Shown: positions 10,441 through 20,388, numbered from the stretch's first letter. The stretch is 64,000 bases of DNA from Desulfobacteraceae bacterium (GCA_011390345.1 JAABSP010000005.1:36004-100003), one strand, 5' to 3'. Program-made: numbers and translations. The notes: generated by a model from the letters alone, not told the origin.

Positions 10441-13400
10441 GAGACCTCCTCGGGTCTTTGGATCAGGCGCGCGATATCCTGCAGCAGCGCCTCCCGATCC
10501 AGCTTGATCTGATATCCGTTGAAACCGGCCTCCTTTGCCCGCTCCTGATCCTCTTCGCCATCCAGTGCGGTCAGGGCCAGGGCAGGAATCCGGGGCTGTG
10601 CGCTCTCCTTCCGGACATACTCCATAAAGGCCCAGCCGTTCATCACCGGCATATCGATATCCGAGACGATCAGATCGAAACGCTCCCTTTTCACTGCATC
10701 CATTCCCTCTTGTCCGTTCTCCACTGCCGTGACTTTATAGCCGTCGCTCTCCAGATATCCCCGCACCAGGTTCCGGAAAAAAGGGGTGTCTTCGAGCAGC
10801 AGGATCTTCTTTTGCTCCCGGGGCCGCGGGGCTGATTTCTTCCGCTCTTCAAACCAGTCCGGCTCCGCACGCTCGATCAGTTTGAAGATATCGAGAAAAA
10901 GGGTGATCCGGTTCAGGAGGATCGCTGTTCCCAGCAGCCCATCCTCGGTATGGCTTTGAGTATTGAGGCGCAGGGTCGTGGTGAGGGTATCCACCACCGA
11001 AGAGACCAGAATCCCGAAGGGTCTGCGGATATGCTTGGGCAGCAGCAGAAGCATATTCTCAGCCTCTTGGCAGGGTGAGACATGGAGCACGCTCTCCAGC
11101 CGCACCACCCGGTGGGGGACATCATCCACAGTGACGAACTCCCGATCCCCGATCCGCTCGATATCCCGGCCCCCGATCGGCTCTACCCGCCGGATCATGG
11201 GCAGAGGGACCGCATACTGCTCCTGGGGGCCGCTTTTGAAAAGAAGAACGGTCTGGCGCTCCTCCCCTCGGGCATCGGAGATCTCCGTTTCGGCCTCCCG
11301 CCGGTTGAACTGGACATCGGCATGTCTTGCGATCCCCTCGATGTCGAGGATCAACGCAACGGTTCCGTCGCCCATGATGGTGGTTCCGGCATAGATGGCC
11401 AGGGATTTGAGCGCGGAATGGATCGGGTTGACAACGATCTCCTCCACCCCCAGGACCCTGCCCACCACCAGCCCGTACCCGCGGGAACCGATCTTGACTA
11501 CAGCGAAGGTGAGGCTCTTCTGAAGCAAGGAGAAATCGGCCGGCGCATAGGCTTCTTCCCGTTTTACTTTTTGGCCTCTTTCAATGCAGATCTTTGCGCG
11601 GGTCTCCTTTGTAAAAGGCTCGGGACGCTGAAGAACCTCGGCCAGTTGCACCAGGGGCAGGAGCCGGTCCCGGAGCCGGAAGACCTCCTGATCCCCCGCG
11701 ATCTCGATCCGGGTGTCGATCTCCTTGTCCCGAAGGCTGACCAGCTCCACCAGATTGGATTGGGGGATGGCGTACCGGTTTTCCCCCACCGAGACCAGCA
11801 GGCAGGGAATGATGGCCAGGGTCAGAGGAAGCCGGAGATGCACCCTTGTGCCCTTCTCTTTTTCCGAATCGATTTCGATCCCGCCCCCCAGCCGCTCCAC
11901 TCCGCTGCGCACCACATCCATGCCCACGCCCCGGCCCGAGACATCGCTGATCTGCTCTACCGTGGAAAAGCCGGAGATCAGGATGAGATCGAAAAGCTCC
12001 CGATCCTTCATTTTTGAAAGTAGATCGGCCCCCTTGATGCCCTCTGAAATGGCCTTCTCCCGAACCGCATCCGCATCGATGCCGGCCCCGTCATCCGCGA
12101 TTTCGATATTGATCTGGCCGGCCTCATGCCAGGCCCTGACCCGGATCTTTCCGGTCTCGGTCTTCCCTTTCTGCCTGCGGATCTTTGGGGCTTCGATCCC
12201 GTGGTCGCAACAGTTGCGGACCAGATGGATCAGCGGGTCCGTCAGGGATTCCAGAATGGTCTTGTCCAGCTCCACATCGCCCCCTATGGTCTCGATCTCG
12301 ATCCTCTTGTCCAGCTTTGCTCTCAGATCCCGGACGATTCTGGGAAGCCGGTCAAAGAGATATCCGATGGGCTGGAGACGGGTCTGCATGATCGTCTCCT
12401 GCATCTCGGTGGTCACGATATCGAGCCGCTGGGATACCCCCCGGTAGAGCGAATCTGCGGCCGTCATGGCCAGCAGGTTGTTGCGCACCTGCACCAGCTC
12501 TCCGGCCAGCTTCATCAGTTTGTCCAAAATCTCCACCCGGATCCGCACCGTATCCTGGTGTTCCAGCGAAGAGACACAGGCCGATGCCTCGGGGGAAAGT
12601 GCGGTTTGGCCGGATGCTGAAGGCCGGTTCGGATCTTCGGCTGAACCCGTCGGAACCGGTTGGCCGGCCGGCTGACAGACCGGCGCGGAATCTCCTTTTG
12701 AATGCACCCGGGTAAGGATTTCGGGCCCCCAGCGCTCTTGGATACCGGCTTCTGAGAGAGGGGTCGCAAAGAGAATATGATAGAGCAGGGCCGCGTCGAG
12801 CAGATCCCCGTCAAAATCATCGGCCCCGGTTTCGATCCGGGTCTCGAGGATGAACCCCTGCTGCAGAAGATCCCGGATCAGCTTCAGCGGCGGAATGCTC
12901 CTCTTCTGCTGGAGATGGTTGAGGTTGAATCGGAGATGAAAGAGGTGGTGATCTTCAGGAAGGGAATCGAGACGGAACTGATTTACGGTAAACCCGGAAT
13001 CCTTCTCCTCCTCATCGAAAAGAGAGAGGGGCCTGCCCATCTTCTCCAGGGTTCCCGGGTTGCAGCCGGTCGAGATAAGATGCGAGAGGCGATCCGAAAT
13101 CCCCGAGATCTCCATCCCGTTTCCCCCCTCTTCCCCATCCAGCATCTTCCGGATCATATCCGTACCCGCAAGGAGCACGTCGATGATCTCCCTGTCGGGC
13201 TTTACATTCCCCTGGCGCAGGGTCTGCAGCAGGGTCTCCATCCCATGGCTCAACGCCATCATATGCTCATATCCCATGAAGCCGGCCCCGCCCTTGATCG
13301 AGTGGATGGAGCGGAAGATATTCGCGATCCGCTCCGGGTCCGGGGCCTTCTCTATGAAGATCAGCTCCTTTTCCACAGCCGACAGATGCTCCAGGGCCTC

Positions 13401-13451
13401 CTGACGAAACTCCTCCTTCAGCTCTCTCATGGAATGCTGCCACTCCTTCAT
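10437..13451 (-). CDS. cheA: CheA-type histidine kinase with two CheW-like domains and a C-terminal receiver
   Basis: 1004 aa. Hpt motif IHSIKGGAGFMG, kinase core HLVRNCCDHGIE...DDGAGID...GRGVGMDVV, and receiver ILLLEDTPFF...VSDIDMPVMNG. The start overlaps the upstream gene's stop as ATGA (13448-13451). Confidence 0.9.
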   Translation of the reverse strand: MKEWQHSMRELKEEFRQEALEHLSAVEKELIFIEKAPDPERIANIFRSIHSIKGGAGFMGYEHMMALSHGMETLLQTLRQGNVKPDREIIDVLLAGTDMIRKMLDGEEGGNGMEISGISDRLSHLISTGCNPGTLEKMGRPLSLFDEEEKDSGFTVNQFRLDSLPEDHHLFHLRFNLNHLQQKRSIPPLKLIRDLLQQGFILETRIETGADDFDGDLLDAALLYHILFATPLSEAGIQERWGPEILTRVHSKGDSAPVCQPAGQPVPTGSAEDPNRPSASGQTALSPEASACVSSLEHQDTVRIRVEILDKLMKLAGELVQVRNNLLAMTAADSLYRGVSQRLDIVTTEMQETIMQTRLQPIGYLFDRLPRIVRDLRAKLDKRIEIETIGGDVELDKTILESLTDPLIHLVRNCCDHGIEAPKIRRQKGKTETGKIRVRAWHEAGQINIEIADDGAGIDADAVREKAISEGIKGADLLSKMKDRELFDLILISGFSTVEQISDVSGRGVGMDVVRSGVERLGGGIEIDSEKEKGTRVHLRLPLTLAIIPCLLVSVGENRYAIPQSNLVELVSLRDKEIDTRIEIAGDQEVFRLRDRLLPLVQLAEVLQRPEPFTKETRAKICIERGQKVKREEAYAPADFSLLQKSLTFAVVKIGSRGYGLVVGRVLGVEEIVVNPIHSALKSLAIYAGTTIMGDGTVALILDIEGIARHADVQFNRREAETEISDARGEERQTVLLFKSGPQEQYAVPLPMIRRVEPIGGRDIERIGDREFVTVDDVPHRVVRLESVLHVSPCQEAENMLLLLPKHIRRPFGILVSSVVDTLTTTLRLNTQSHTEDGLLGTAILLNRITLFLDIFKLIERAEPDWFEERKKSAPRPREQKKILLLEDTPFFRNLVRGYLESDGYKVTAVENGQEGMDAVKRERFDLIVSDIDMPVMNGWAFMEYVRKESAQPRIPALALTALDGEEDQERAKEAGFNGYQIKLDREALLQDIARLIQRPEEVS

Positions 13452-15766
13452 CCTTTTTCCCCTTCTCTTTCAGATGCTGCTTCATGAATGTGATAGAGCT
13501 TTCCCAGGTTAATGAGGCAAAAGAGTTCTGCCAGATCCGGGGCCGCACCGATGATCTCCAGATCTGGCCGCTTTCCCGCTTTGGAAAGCATCTTCTCCAG
13601 CACGATAAAGGCGCTCAACCCCACCGAATCGATCTCCCGAACCGAACCCAGATCAAAGCAAAACGCGGTATGTCCCTGTCGGGCCAGCTTTTTCAGCAGC
13701 TCCCCGAAGATCGGAACCGAGGCCGCGGTGATGTCGCCGGTGGGCCGGATGATCACCCGATCCCCGGCCTTTTCCACCGGAAAATCGGTCCTGCCGAAGA
13801 CCTCATGGTAGACCGTCACCCGGTTTCCCCTGTTGTTGAACTCGATCTTTTCGGCAAAGGCATGTATAAAAGGATAGCCCCGTCTTCTCAGGCTCTTGGC
13901 ATCCTTGGGCAGATCGTACCGGAGGTCTTTCGGATCAAAGCCCTCCCCCTGATCCTCCACGATGATCCGGAAGAGATTCTTTCTGACCTGCTGCACCGTG
14001 CAGGAAACCCCTTTCTCCGGATCATTCCGGTTGCCGTGCTCCACCGCATTGATCAGCAGCTCCCGCAGGATCAGGTTGAATCCGGAAAAAGTCTCGAACC
14101 CGATGGTCTTCAGAAAATCCTTTGCCTCCAGAACCGCGCGATCCACCAGGGCCATCTCCGAAGCAAAGGTCATCCGCAGATCGGTATGGCTCTCCTCGAT
14201 ATGGAAACGGGAGAATTCAGCTCCCTCAACTGCAGGATCACTCACTCTTTCCTCTGTTTCCGGTTCTGTTTCCGGTTCTGTTTTCGGTTCCGGTTCCGGC
14301 GCGGGCTCTGCCGGAGACAGAATTTGATCGGTACGGGAAAAGCGCCGGCAAATGATTCGGGCAAGAATCGACTCCACCCCTTTCATTTTCGAAATCCGCT
14401 TTTCAATGGGACGGTTTCCATAGGCGGCTGCGGCATACTTCGTCTCCACGAACCCGGAAAGATCGGCAGTGATCCCCATGTCCATCCGCTCTGTCATATA
14501 CCGCTGCATCCGTTCGAGATCCGCGATGTCCGGAAAGAGATCGTCGGTGCAGACCTTTGAAGGCCCTTGCAGTACGCGCTTCAGCATCTCGGGCGTAAGT
14601 CCCAGATCTCCGTCAGGGTCGAGGAATTCCAGAGCGATCCTTTGGACATTTTCCGGATGCTCTGCCATATAAGCACCTGCCTCGACCAGCAGTCGGACCA
14701 GCTCCTGCGCCCCGGCTTCATGCTTTTCGAGCCAATCCTCCCGCACCGCAAGCACGCAGCAGGGATGGTTCTCCCAGAGCTGATCCGTATGGAAGAGAAG
14801 CTCCCCCACACCCTGATCGACAGCCTGTGTCCCGTAGGGCTCGGCCACGGCAAAACCGCTGACCTCGGCCTCCTCTGCAAGAATCCGGGGCATCTCGAGG
14901 GGCGGAACCACCTCATAGAAGACATCAGTGTCTGATCTGCCCACGGGTCCCAGCCTAAGGCCGATCTCCCGCAAAAAGATATCGGAGAGGATATGGTGGA
15001 TCGAGAGGGTATGGGGCAGCAGAAAGGTCTTCCCTTTGAAAAGATTGTGCAGGGTCTCCTGATCCGGATAGGGGCCCTGGTCTGTCCCCTGCCGGCGTCT
15101 GCAGACACAGGTGCTGCCGCTTCGATGGGCAAAGAGGATGAGCTTGATCTTTGCGTGGTTTGCAAACATATCCAGAGCCAGCGGCGCCAGAATCAGCGCC
15201 CCATCCACTTCCCCGGTCTCCAGAGCCCGGGCCGCGGGATTCCAGCTCGACATACACCGGGGCTCGATCTCTATCCGCTCCGGTTGAACCTGCCCCTCCC
15301 GGATCTGATGGACCAGGGCCCCCAGAACCAGGTGATCTGTGATCTGCAGATGCGCGATCCGGATGCGGGGTACCGCTGAAATTGTCTCTTTCGGGCTTTG
15401 GGCCCGGAGAACATCTGCCAGGGCCGCGCCGAGTTCTTCTCTGGTAAAGGGTTTGGTGATAAAGGCGTTCGCGCCGGCTGCAATGGCCTTTCTGGCCTGC
15501 TGAATCTCTCCTTGCGCGGTTGCGATGATAAAGGGGATGTGCCGGATCTTCGGATCTTTTCGGACCGCCAGCAACAGGTCATAGCCGCTGCACCGGGGCA
15601 TGTTCCAGTCGCTGATGATCAGGCCCGCATCGGGCTCCTCCCGAAGCTTTTGAAGGGCAGCCTCCCCATCCCCGGCCTCCAGAATCTCCCCATAGCCCAG
15701 CTCCGACAGCATCCGGATCTGTGCCCTTCTTGTCGTCTTGAAATCCTCTGCCACAAGGATTTTCAT
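13448..15766 (-). CDS. four-domain fusion: CheY-like receiver, NrtA/NasS-like solute-binding fold, RsbW/SpoIIAB-like serine kinase, STAS (anti-sigma antagonist)
   Basis: 772 aa.
- REC: MKILVAEDFKTTR...ISDWNMPRCSG.
- NrtA-like: RIRIAHLQITDHLVLGAL...VVPPLEMPRILAEEAEVSGFAVAEPYGTQAV.
- Linker: PEPEPKTEPETEPETEE.
- Kinase: LRELLINAVEHGN...IVEDQGEGFD.
- STAS: FDLGSVREIDSVGLSAFIVL, with the phosphorylatable Ser context DSxGL present. Confidence 0.8.
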   Translation of the reverse strand: MKILVAEDFKTTRRAQIRMLSELGYGEILEAGDGEAALQKLREEPDAGLIISDWNMPRCSGYDLLLAVRKDPKIRHIPFIIATAQGEIQQARKAIAAGANAFITKPFTREELGAALADVLRAQSPKETISAVPRIRIAHLQITDHLVLGALVHQIREGQVQPERIEIEPRCMSSWNPAARALETGEVDGALILAPLALDMFANHAKIKLILFAHRSGSTCVCRRRQGTDQGPYPDQETLHNLFKGKTFLLPHTLSIHHILSDIFLREIGLRLGPVGRSDTDVFYEVVPPLEMPRILAEEAEVSGFAVAEPYGTQAVDQGVGELLFHTDQLWENHPCCVLAVREDWLEKHEAGAQELVRLLVEAGAYMAEHPENVQRIALEFLDPDGDLGLTPEMLKRVLQGPSKVCTDDLFPDIADLERMQRYMTERMDMGITADLSGFVETKYAAAAYGNRPIEKRISKMKGVESILARIICRRFSRTDQILSPAEPAPEPEPKTEPETEPETEERVSDPAVEGAEFSRFHIEESHTDLRMTFASEMALVDRAVLEAKDFLKTIGFETFSGFNLILRELLINAVEHGNRNDPEKGVSCTVQQVRKNLFRIIVEDQGEGFDPKDLRYDLPKDAKSLRRRGYPFIHAFAEKIEFNNRGNRVTVYHEVFGRTDFPVEKAGDRVIIRPTGDITAASVPIFGELLKKLARQGHTAFCFDLGSVREIDSVGLSAFIVLEKMLSKAGKRPDLEIIGAAPDLAELFCLINLGKLYHIHEAASEREGEKG

Positions 15767-15790
15767 GCCCCCCCTTCCTCAAATGATATC

Positions 15791-17026
15791 TCAGGGAATC
15801 TCCACCCCGGCCAGAAGCATGTCGTCTCCGGGCCGCCGGTCACAGTAACCGAGCACCCCGCACCATACAGAAGTGATCATCTCCTTCAGGAAAAGATCCT
15901 GGCCCCCCAGCATCAGCCGGTCCAGCGCCTCCTGATCCATTCGCTTTTTCCGCCCCCCGGCCGTATCGAGCCGGGCCGCGTTGGCAATCCCGTCCGTATA
16001 GATGAGCAGCCGGTCATCTGATTCCAGGCGAAGATACTCCTTCAGAAAGACCGGCCTTTCATGGATGCCCAGTACATCGCTTCCTTTCCCCCCCAGGGGC
16101 CGCCGGGGCTGCGCCTCCCCCTGTCTCAGGATCGCGAGCCACGGGTGCGCGGCCGAGACCAGCTCTGCGGTAAAATCGGCCAGATAGATGCGGCAGAAGA
16201 GCGCGGTGATCATCCGCTCATCCTTTCCGCTCTCCAGCAGGTGCTGGTTGAGGAGCCGAAAGAGGGTCTCGCCGTCGTTGCCTTTGTAGCAGTTCTCCTC
16301 GAAAAAAGCCTTGAGCAGGATCGTATAGAAGGAGGAGCCGATATCATGCCCTGCCACATCGGCCACGATCAGATCGATCCGATCGCGGGTCTCCCGGATG
16401 TCTATGAAATCCCCGCCCAGGTCCGACAGGGGCTGATGGCGCCAGTGGATCTCCAGCGAACAGGGATTCTGGCGGAGCTTTACCAGATCCCGATAGACAT
16501 CCACCGCGGAATCGATCTGCTGCCGCAGTTGTTCCAGATGGAGCTGATAGGTCTCCAGCTCGAGATCCAACCGCACCCCTTGGGAATGCTCTTTGTTCCT
16601 GCCATCTGCTCTTTCCCGATGCTGCGCCAGAGCCCTTTCCACGGTCTCCAGCAGCGGCTTTACCTTGATCGGCTTCCGGATATAGTCGAACGCGCCCTTG
16701 CGGATGGCCGCGATGGCCGTATCCAGATCGGGTTTGCCGGTGATGAGGATCACTGGTGAGGAGAGGCCGATCCGCTTCATGGCATCCAGCAGATCGATCC
16801 CGGTCTTCTCCCCCAGCATGATGTCGCAGATGATAAGATCGAAATCCTGAGTCTCCAGAAGCTTCCGTCCGGTCTCATAGTCGATCGCAGTTTCGATTTG
16901 CGGGTATCCGTTTTCAAAAAAAACGGCCTCCAGCATGCCTAGGATCTCGGCGTCATCATCGATTACCAGGAATTTGGGCTCAGATAAATGCTTCATATGA
17001 TTTTTGTTTTCTTGAAAGCATTGCAT
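15791..17026 (-). CDS. response regulator with a PP2C/SpoIIE-type phosphatase output (RsbU-like)
   Basis: ORF 15791..17038 opens with TTG. The ATG at 17026 (MQCFQ) or 16996 (MKHLSE) is more likely. REC: KFLVIDDDAEIL...ICDIMLGEKTG. PP2C: LSDLGGDFIDI...IVADVAGHDIGSS...LLIYTDGI. Confidence 0.85.
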   Translation of the reverse strand: MQCFQENKNHMKHLSEPKFLVIDDDAEILGMLEAVFFENGYPQIETAIDYETGRKLLETQDFDLIICDIMLGEKTGIDLLDAMKRIGLSSPVILITGKPDLDTAIAAIRKGAFDYIRKPIKVKPLLETVERALAQHRERADGRNKEHSQGVRLDLELETYQLHLEQLRQQIDSAVDVYRDLVKLRQNPCSLEIHWRHQPLSDLGGDFIDIRETRDRIDLIVADVAGHDIGSSFYTILLKAFFEENCYKGNDGETLFRLLNQHLLESGKDERMITALFCRIYLADFTAELVSAAHPWLAILRQGEAQPRRPLGGKGSDVLGIHERPVFLKEYLRLESDDRLLIYTDGIANAARLDTAGGRKKRMDQEALDRLMLGGQDLFLKEMITSVWCGVLGYCDRRPGDDMLLAGVEIP

Positions 17027-17198
17027 CCTTTCTCTCAAAAATAAGGATGTTTTGGAGCTATTCTAAACAATTCGAGAGGATTTTAAAACTCCTTTTTTCG
17101 GGTGACGCCACTTTGGTTTTCCTGATAAGATGGAGTTGTTTGATTTTTAATGTTCAACGACAAGGATGGTCTAACCGAACGAGGAATAGAAAATAGAA

Positions 17199-19271
17199 AT
17201 GAATATCGTATCTCCATGCCAACTGCTGGTGGTCGATGACGAAGAGGAGGTACTCAAATCGATCGGCCGCCTCTTTCGAAAGAAGTACACCATTCATACC
17301 GCAACGAGCGCGGCCCAGGGGTTCACCATCCTGGAGCAGAATGCGGTGCAGGTGGTTTTGTGCGACCAGCGGATGCCGAAAGTCAACGGGACCGAGTTTC
17401 TGGCCCAAGTCCGAATCCGCTACCCCCATATCGTCCGGCTGATCCTGACCGGATATTCCGATATCCATGCGGTGATCTCAGCGGTCAATGATGCCAACAT
17501 CTTCCGCTATATGACCAAGCCCTGGAAGCCGGAGGAGCTGGAAAAGGCCATCGACGAGGCCCACCAGTTTCATCTGAAAATCCATAAGGAAGAGCGCTTT
17601 TTGGACATCTTGAAAGATATGGGCGATGAGATGGAGGTGCGGATCTCAGAGAAGACCGAAACCCTTTTAACGGCAAATCAGGAGCTGCAACGCCTCTATG
17701 GGGAGAAGGAGTCCCTGATCCGGCAGCTTCAGGAGCGGGAGAAGCGGTATCGGGGGCTCTTCGAGGCGATCACCGATGCGGTCTTCGTCCATGAGGCTAG
17801 GCCGGATTTGACGCAGGCTCGTTTTCTCGAATGCAACGAGATCGCCTGCCGCAGGCTCGGCTACAGCCGGGAGGAACTTCTCTCCATGAGCCCCCATGAA
17901 ATCGATGCGCCGGATACGATCGTGGATACTGCGGCCATTTCAAAACGCCTTTTTAGGGGGCAATCGGCCACGTTCGAACAGATGCACATCACCAAAACCG
18001 GTGAGAGAATCCCGGTGGAGATCCATACCCGGGTCTTTGATATGGATGGAACCCCCCGGGTGATGTCGATTGCCAGAGATATCACCGAACGGAAGATCGC
18101 AGAGCGGAAGCTGACCCAGGCCAAAGAGGCCGCAGAGGCCGCAAACCGGGCCAAGGATCGTTTTCTGGCCAATATGAGCCATGAACTCCGCACCCCATTG
18201 AACGGCATCATGGGCTATTCCCAACTCCTCAAAGAGGATGAGACGATTTCTGAAACCCATTCCGAATCGATCGAGACGATCTACCAGTGCGGCAACCATC
18301 TGCTCGCCATGATCGAAGATATCCTCGACTTTGCCAAGATCGAGGCTGAAATGCTCGATATCGAAAAAAAGGCATTCGACCTCCATGCCTTCATAGACAA
18401 CCTCGGGAAGAACTTTGGGATCCAGGCCCGTAAAAAGGGTATCGGGTTTGAAATCCAAATCGATCCGGCCATTACCGGCCCTGTACTGGGAGATGAGAAA
18501 CGGCTTCGGCAGATTCTGTTCAACCTCATAGACAATGCGATTCATTATACGGAAAAGGGGAAAGTCGTGCTCGGGGCGGAAAAGGCAGGGGACCGGCTCC
18601 TATTCCGGGTGGAAGATACGGGCATCGGCATTCCAAAGGATCAGCAGGAGACCATCTTTACCCCCTTTTTCCAGATCAAAGACGGCCGCATTCCCGCTGC
18701 CGGCACAGGTCTGGGGCTTTCCATCTGCCGAAGGCTTCTCCATCTCATGGGGTCAAATCTCAGGGTAAAGAGTGATCCGGAAATGGGAAGCTGCTTTGAA
18801 TTTTCCCTCCATTGGACTGTTCTGCCGAAGAAAAAAGAGGGGAAATCCAAAAAGGCCGGGAAGATCGTCGGTTATGCGGGGCCAACCCGAAAGGTTCTGG
18901 TGGTGGATGACATCCCCTTCAACCGGCATCTGATGCGGATGATGCTCTCCAGTCTGAAATTTGAAATTGAAGAGGCCGAGAATGGCCTGGCCGCGCTGGA
19001 GCAGATGGAGAAGTCTTTTCCGGACCTGGTAATTTTGGATCTGCTGATGCCGACCATGGACGGTTACGAGTTTGCCCGCACCTGCCGGGAGCGGTTCGGA
19101 AATGAGCGTCCGGTAATCTTAGCCGTCACCGCGGATGCCACACCAAATGCGAAAAAGGAATGCCTCCGTTCCGGGTGCAATTACTGCATCACCAAGCCGG
19201 TTCAACTGCCGGAGCTGCTGGCAAAGATCGAAGAAGATCTCGGAATGGAGTGGATCTATGCGGAAAAATAA
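17199..19271 (+). CDS. hybrid sensor histidine kinase (REC-PAS-HisKA-HATPase-REC)
   Basis: 690 aa. Receiver LLVVDDEEEVL...LCDQRMPKVNG, H-box [26 protein letters not shown], second receiver VLVVDDIPFN...ILDLLMPTMDG. Confidence 0.85.
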   Translation: MNIVSPCQLLVVDDEEEVLKSIGRLFRKKYTIHTATSAAQGFTILEQNAVQVVLCDQRMPKVNGTEFLAQVRIRYPHIVRLILTGYSDIHAVISAVNDANIFRYMTKPWKPEELEKAIDEAHQFHLKIHKEERFLDILKDMGDEMEVRISEKTETLLTANQELQRLYGEKESLIRQLQEREKRYRGLFEAITDAVFVHEARPDLTQARFLECNEIACRRLGYSREELLSMSPHEIDAPDTIVDTAAISKRLFRGQSATFEQMHITKTGERIPVEIHTRVFDMDGTPRVMSIARDITERKIAERKLTQAKEAAEAANRAKDRFLANMSHELRTPLNGIMGYSQLLKEDETISETHSESIETIYQCGNHLLAMIEDILDFAKIEAEMLDIEKKAFDLHAFIDNLGKNFGIQARKKGIGFEIQIDPAITGPVLGDEKRLRQILFNLIDNAIHYTEKGKVVLGAEKAGDRLLFRVEDTGIGIPKDQQETIFTPFFQIKDGRIPAAGTGLGLSICRRLLHLMGSNLRVKSDPEMGSCFEFSLHWTVLPKKKEGKSKKAGKIVGYAGPTRKVLVVDDIPFNRHLMRMMLSSLKFEIEEAENGLAALEQMEKSFPDLVILDLLMPTMDGYEFARTCRERFGNERPVILAVTADATPNAKKECLRSGCNYCITKPVQLPELLAKIEEDLGMEWIYAEK

Positions 19272-19282
19272 AAATCTTTGGG

Positions 19283-19564
19283 CTATTTCTCCTTGAGCAT
19301 ATTGCTGATGGTCTGGGAGTTCCACCGCCCTTTCCCGGAAAGTGTCGGCACCCCCGCTTCATTCAAGAGATCCTCGATCTGCTTATAGGAATGCTTCTCC
19401 TCCCGTTTCCGCAGAATCCATTTAATGAGCATTTTCTTTTTGATCTCCCGTAGCTCATCATCGAATTTCTTCAATGGAATGCCAAGATCATGCGCCTTTC
19501 CCTGGATATCCTCGAGTTTATCTTTGATGTCTTTGAACAATGGATCTGTGTTGGGCTGCGTCAT
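19283..19564 (-). CDS. small protein with a resolvase/recombinase-type helix-turn-helix
   Basis: 93 aa. YKQIEDLLNEAGVPTLSGKGRWNSQTISNMLKEK matches the pattern seen in serine-recombinase DNA-binding regions. There is no catalytic domain. Confidence 0.45.
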   Translation of the reverse strand: MTQPNTDPLFKDIKDKLEDIQGKAHDLGIPLKKFDDELREIKKKMLIKWILRKREEKHSYKQIEDLLNEAGVPTLSGKGRWNSQTISNMLKEK

Positions 19565-19590
19565 CAGATCTTTTCCCGTTGAATAGCGAA

Positions 19591-20169
19591 TCAGGTGAAC
19601 AGATAAAAGGCGATGGCCCGGTCATAGGCTTTCTGCTCTTTTGTATCCATCTCCGGCAGGGCAAACTCCACATGAACATTCCCCGGCGAGATATTTCGAA
19701 CGATACCCTCTTTGCGGATCAGGGTCCGGTTCCGGTTGTCGAGATAGAACGCGAGAACAATCTGATCGTTTACGGAAAGACCGATACCGTTCCGGTTTTC
19801 AAAGCGCAGGCCATAGCGGGAGATATCTTTCACCCGCATGGGGCTTTTCTGCCTGCCCTTTTTTCTGCGGAAGACGCCGACAAGATCCACCGGTTTGCGA
19901 AAGGATTTGCGCCTTTCCAGAAAAATTATTTTGGAATAGCCGCATGCGCAACTGTGTCGGATATTGACCTTCCCTTCGGCCTGCTTATGTTCGGAACCAT
20001 CCATCATCATTGTCCTTTCGCATTCGGGGCAGACCAGCAGGATCATGGCATTCCGATCCAGATGGACCTGGTGATCGAAATCAGCGAATGTCGATTGATC
20101 CTGTCCGGTATTTTTCTGATTATCGGTTTGTAACTGCAGGCTCGTTGCCCTTTCCACGTCGATTTGCAC
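19591..20169 (-). CDS. PilZ-domain protein with an N-terminal zinc-ribbon-like CxxC...CxC
   Basis: The PilZ motifs RRKSFR (RxxxR) and DISRYG (DxSxxG) are present. Cys motifs: CPECERTM...SCACGYS. The start is uncertain (GTG at 20169 or ATG at 20046). Confidence 0.7.
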   Translation of the reverse strand: MQIDVERATSLQLQTDNQKNTGQDQSTFADFDHQVHLDRNAMILLVCPECERTMMMDGSEHKQAEGKVNIRHSCACGYSKIIFLERRKSFRKPVDLVGVFRRKKGRQKSPMRVKDISRYGLRFENRNGIGLSVNDQIVLAFYLDNRNRTLIRKEGIVRNISPGNVHVEFALPEMDTKEQKAYDRAIAFYLFT

Positions 20170-20388
20170 TCCGGATTTAAAAAATTCAAGACGATGCTGA
20201 CCCCTTGACGTTTTGCGTCATCTATCCCATGAAAGGGGGAAAGAATTCAATGGGTTTAAAAAGGTAATCCGGGGTAGGATAACTCTACCCGCACCTGTTT
20301 TGTTATTTTCCAATTGTCTTTTGTCGGATGAAACGATAAAATCCAATTGTCCTTTTTAAGAAAAATCCTCGATCCGGAGGCTCTTGTC

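Noticed and set aside
14255-14300. The short nucleotide periodicity (ttccggttctgt...) encoding PEPEPKTEPETEPETEE.
   Set aside because: It is a low-complexity inter-domain linker within a CDS and too short to treat as a separate repeat element.
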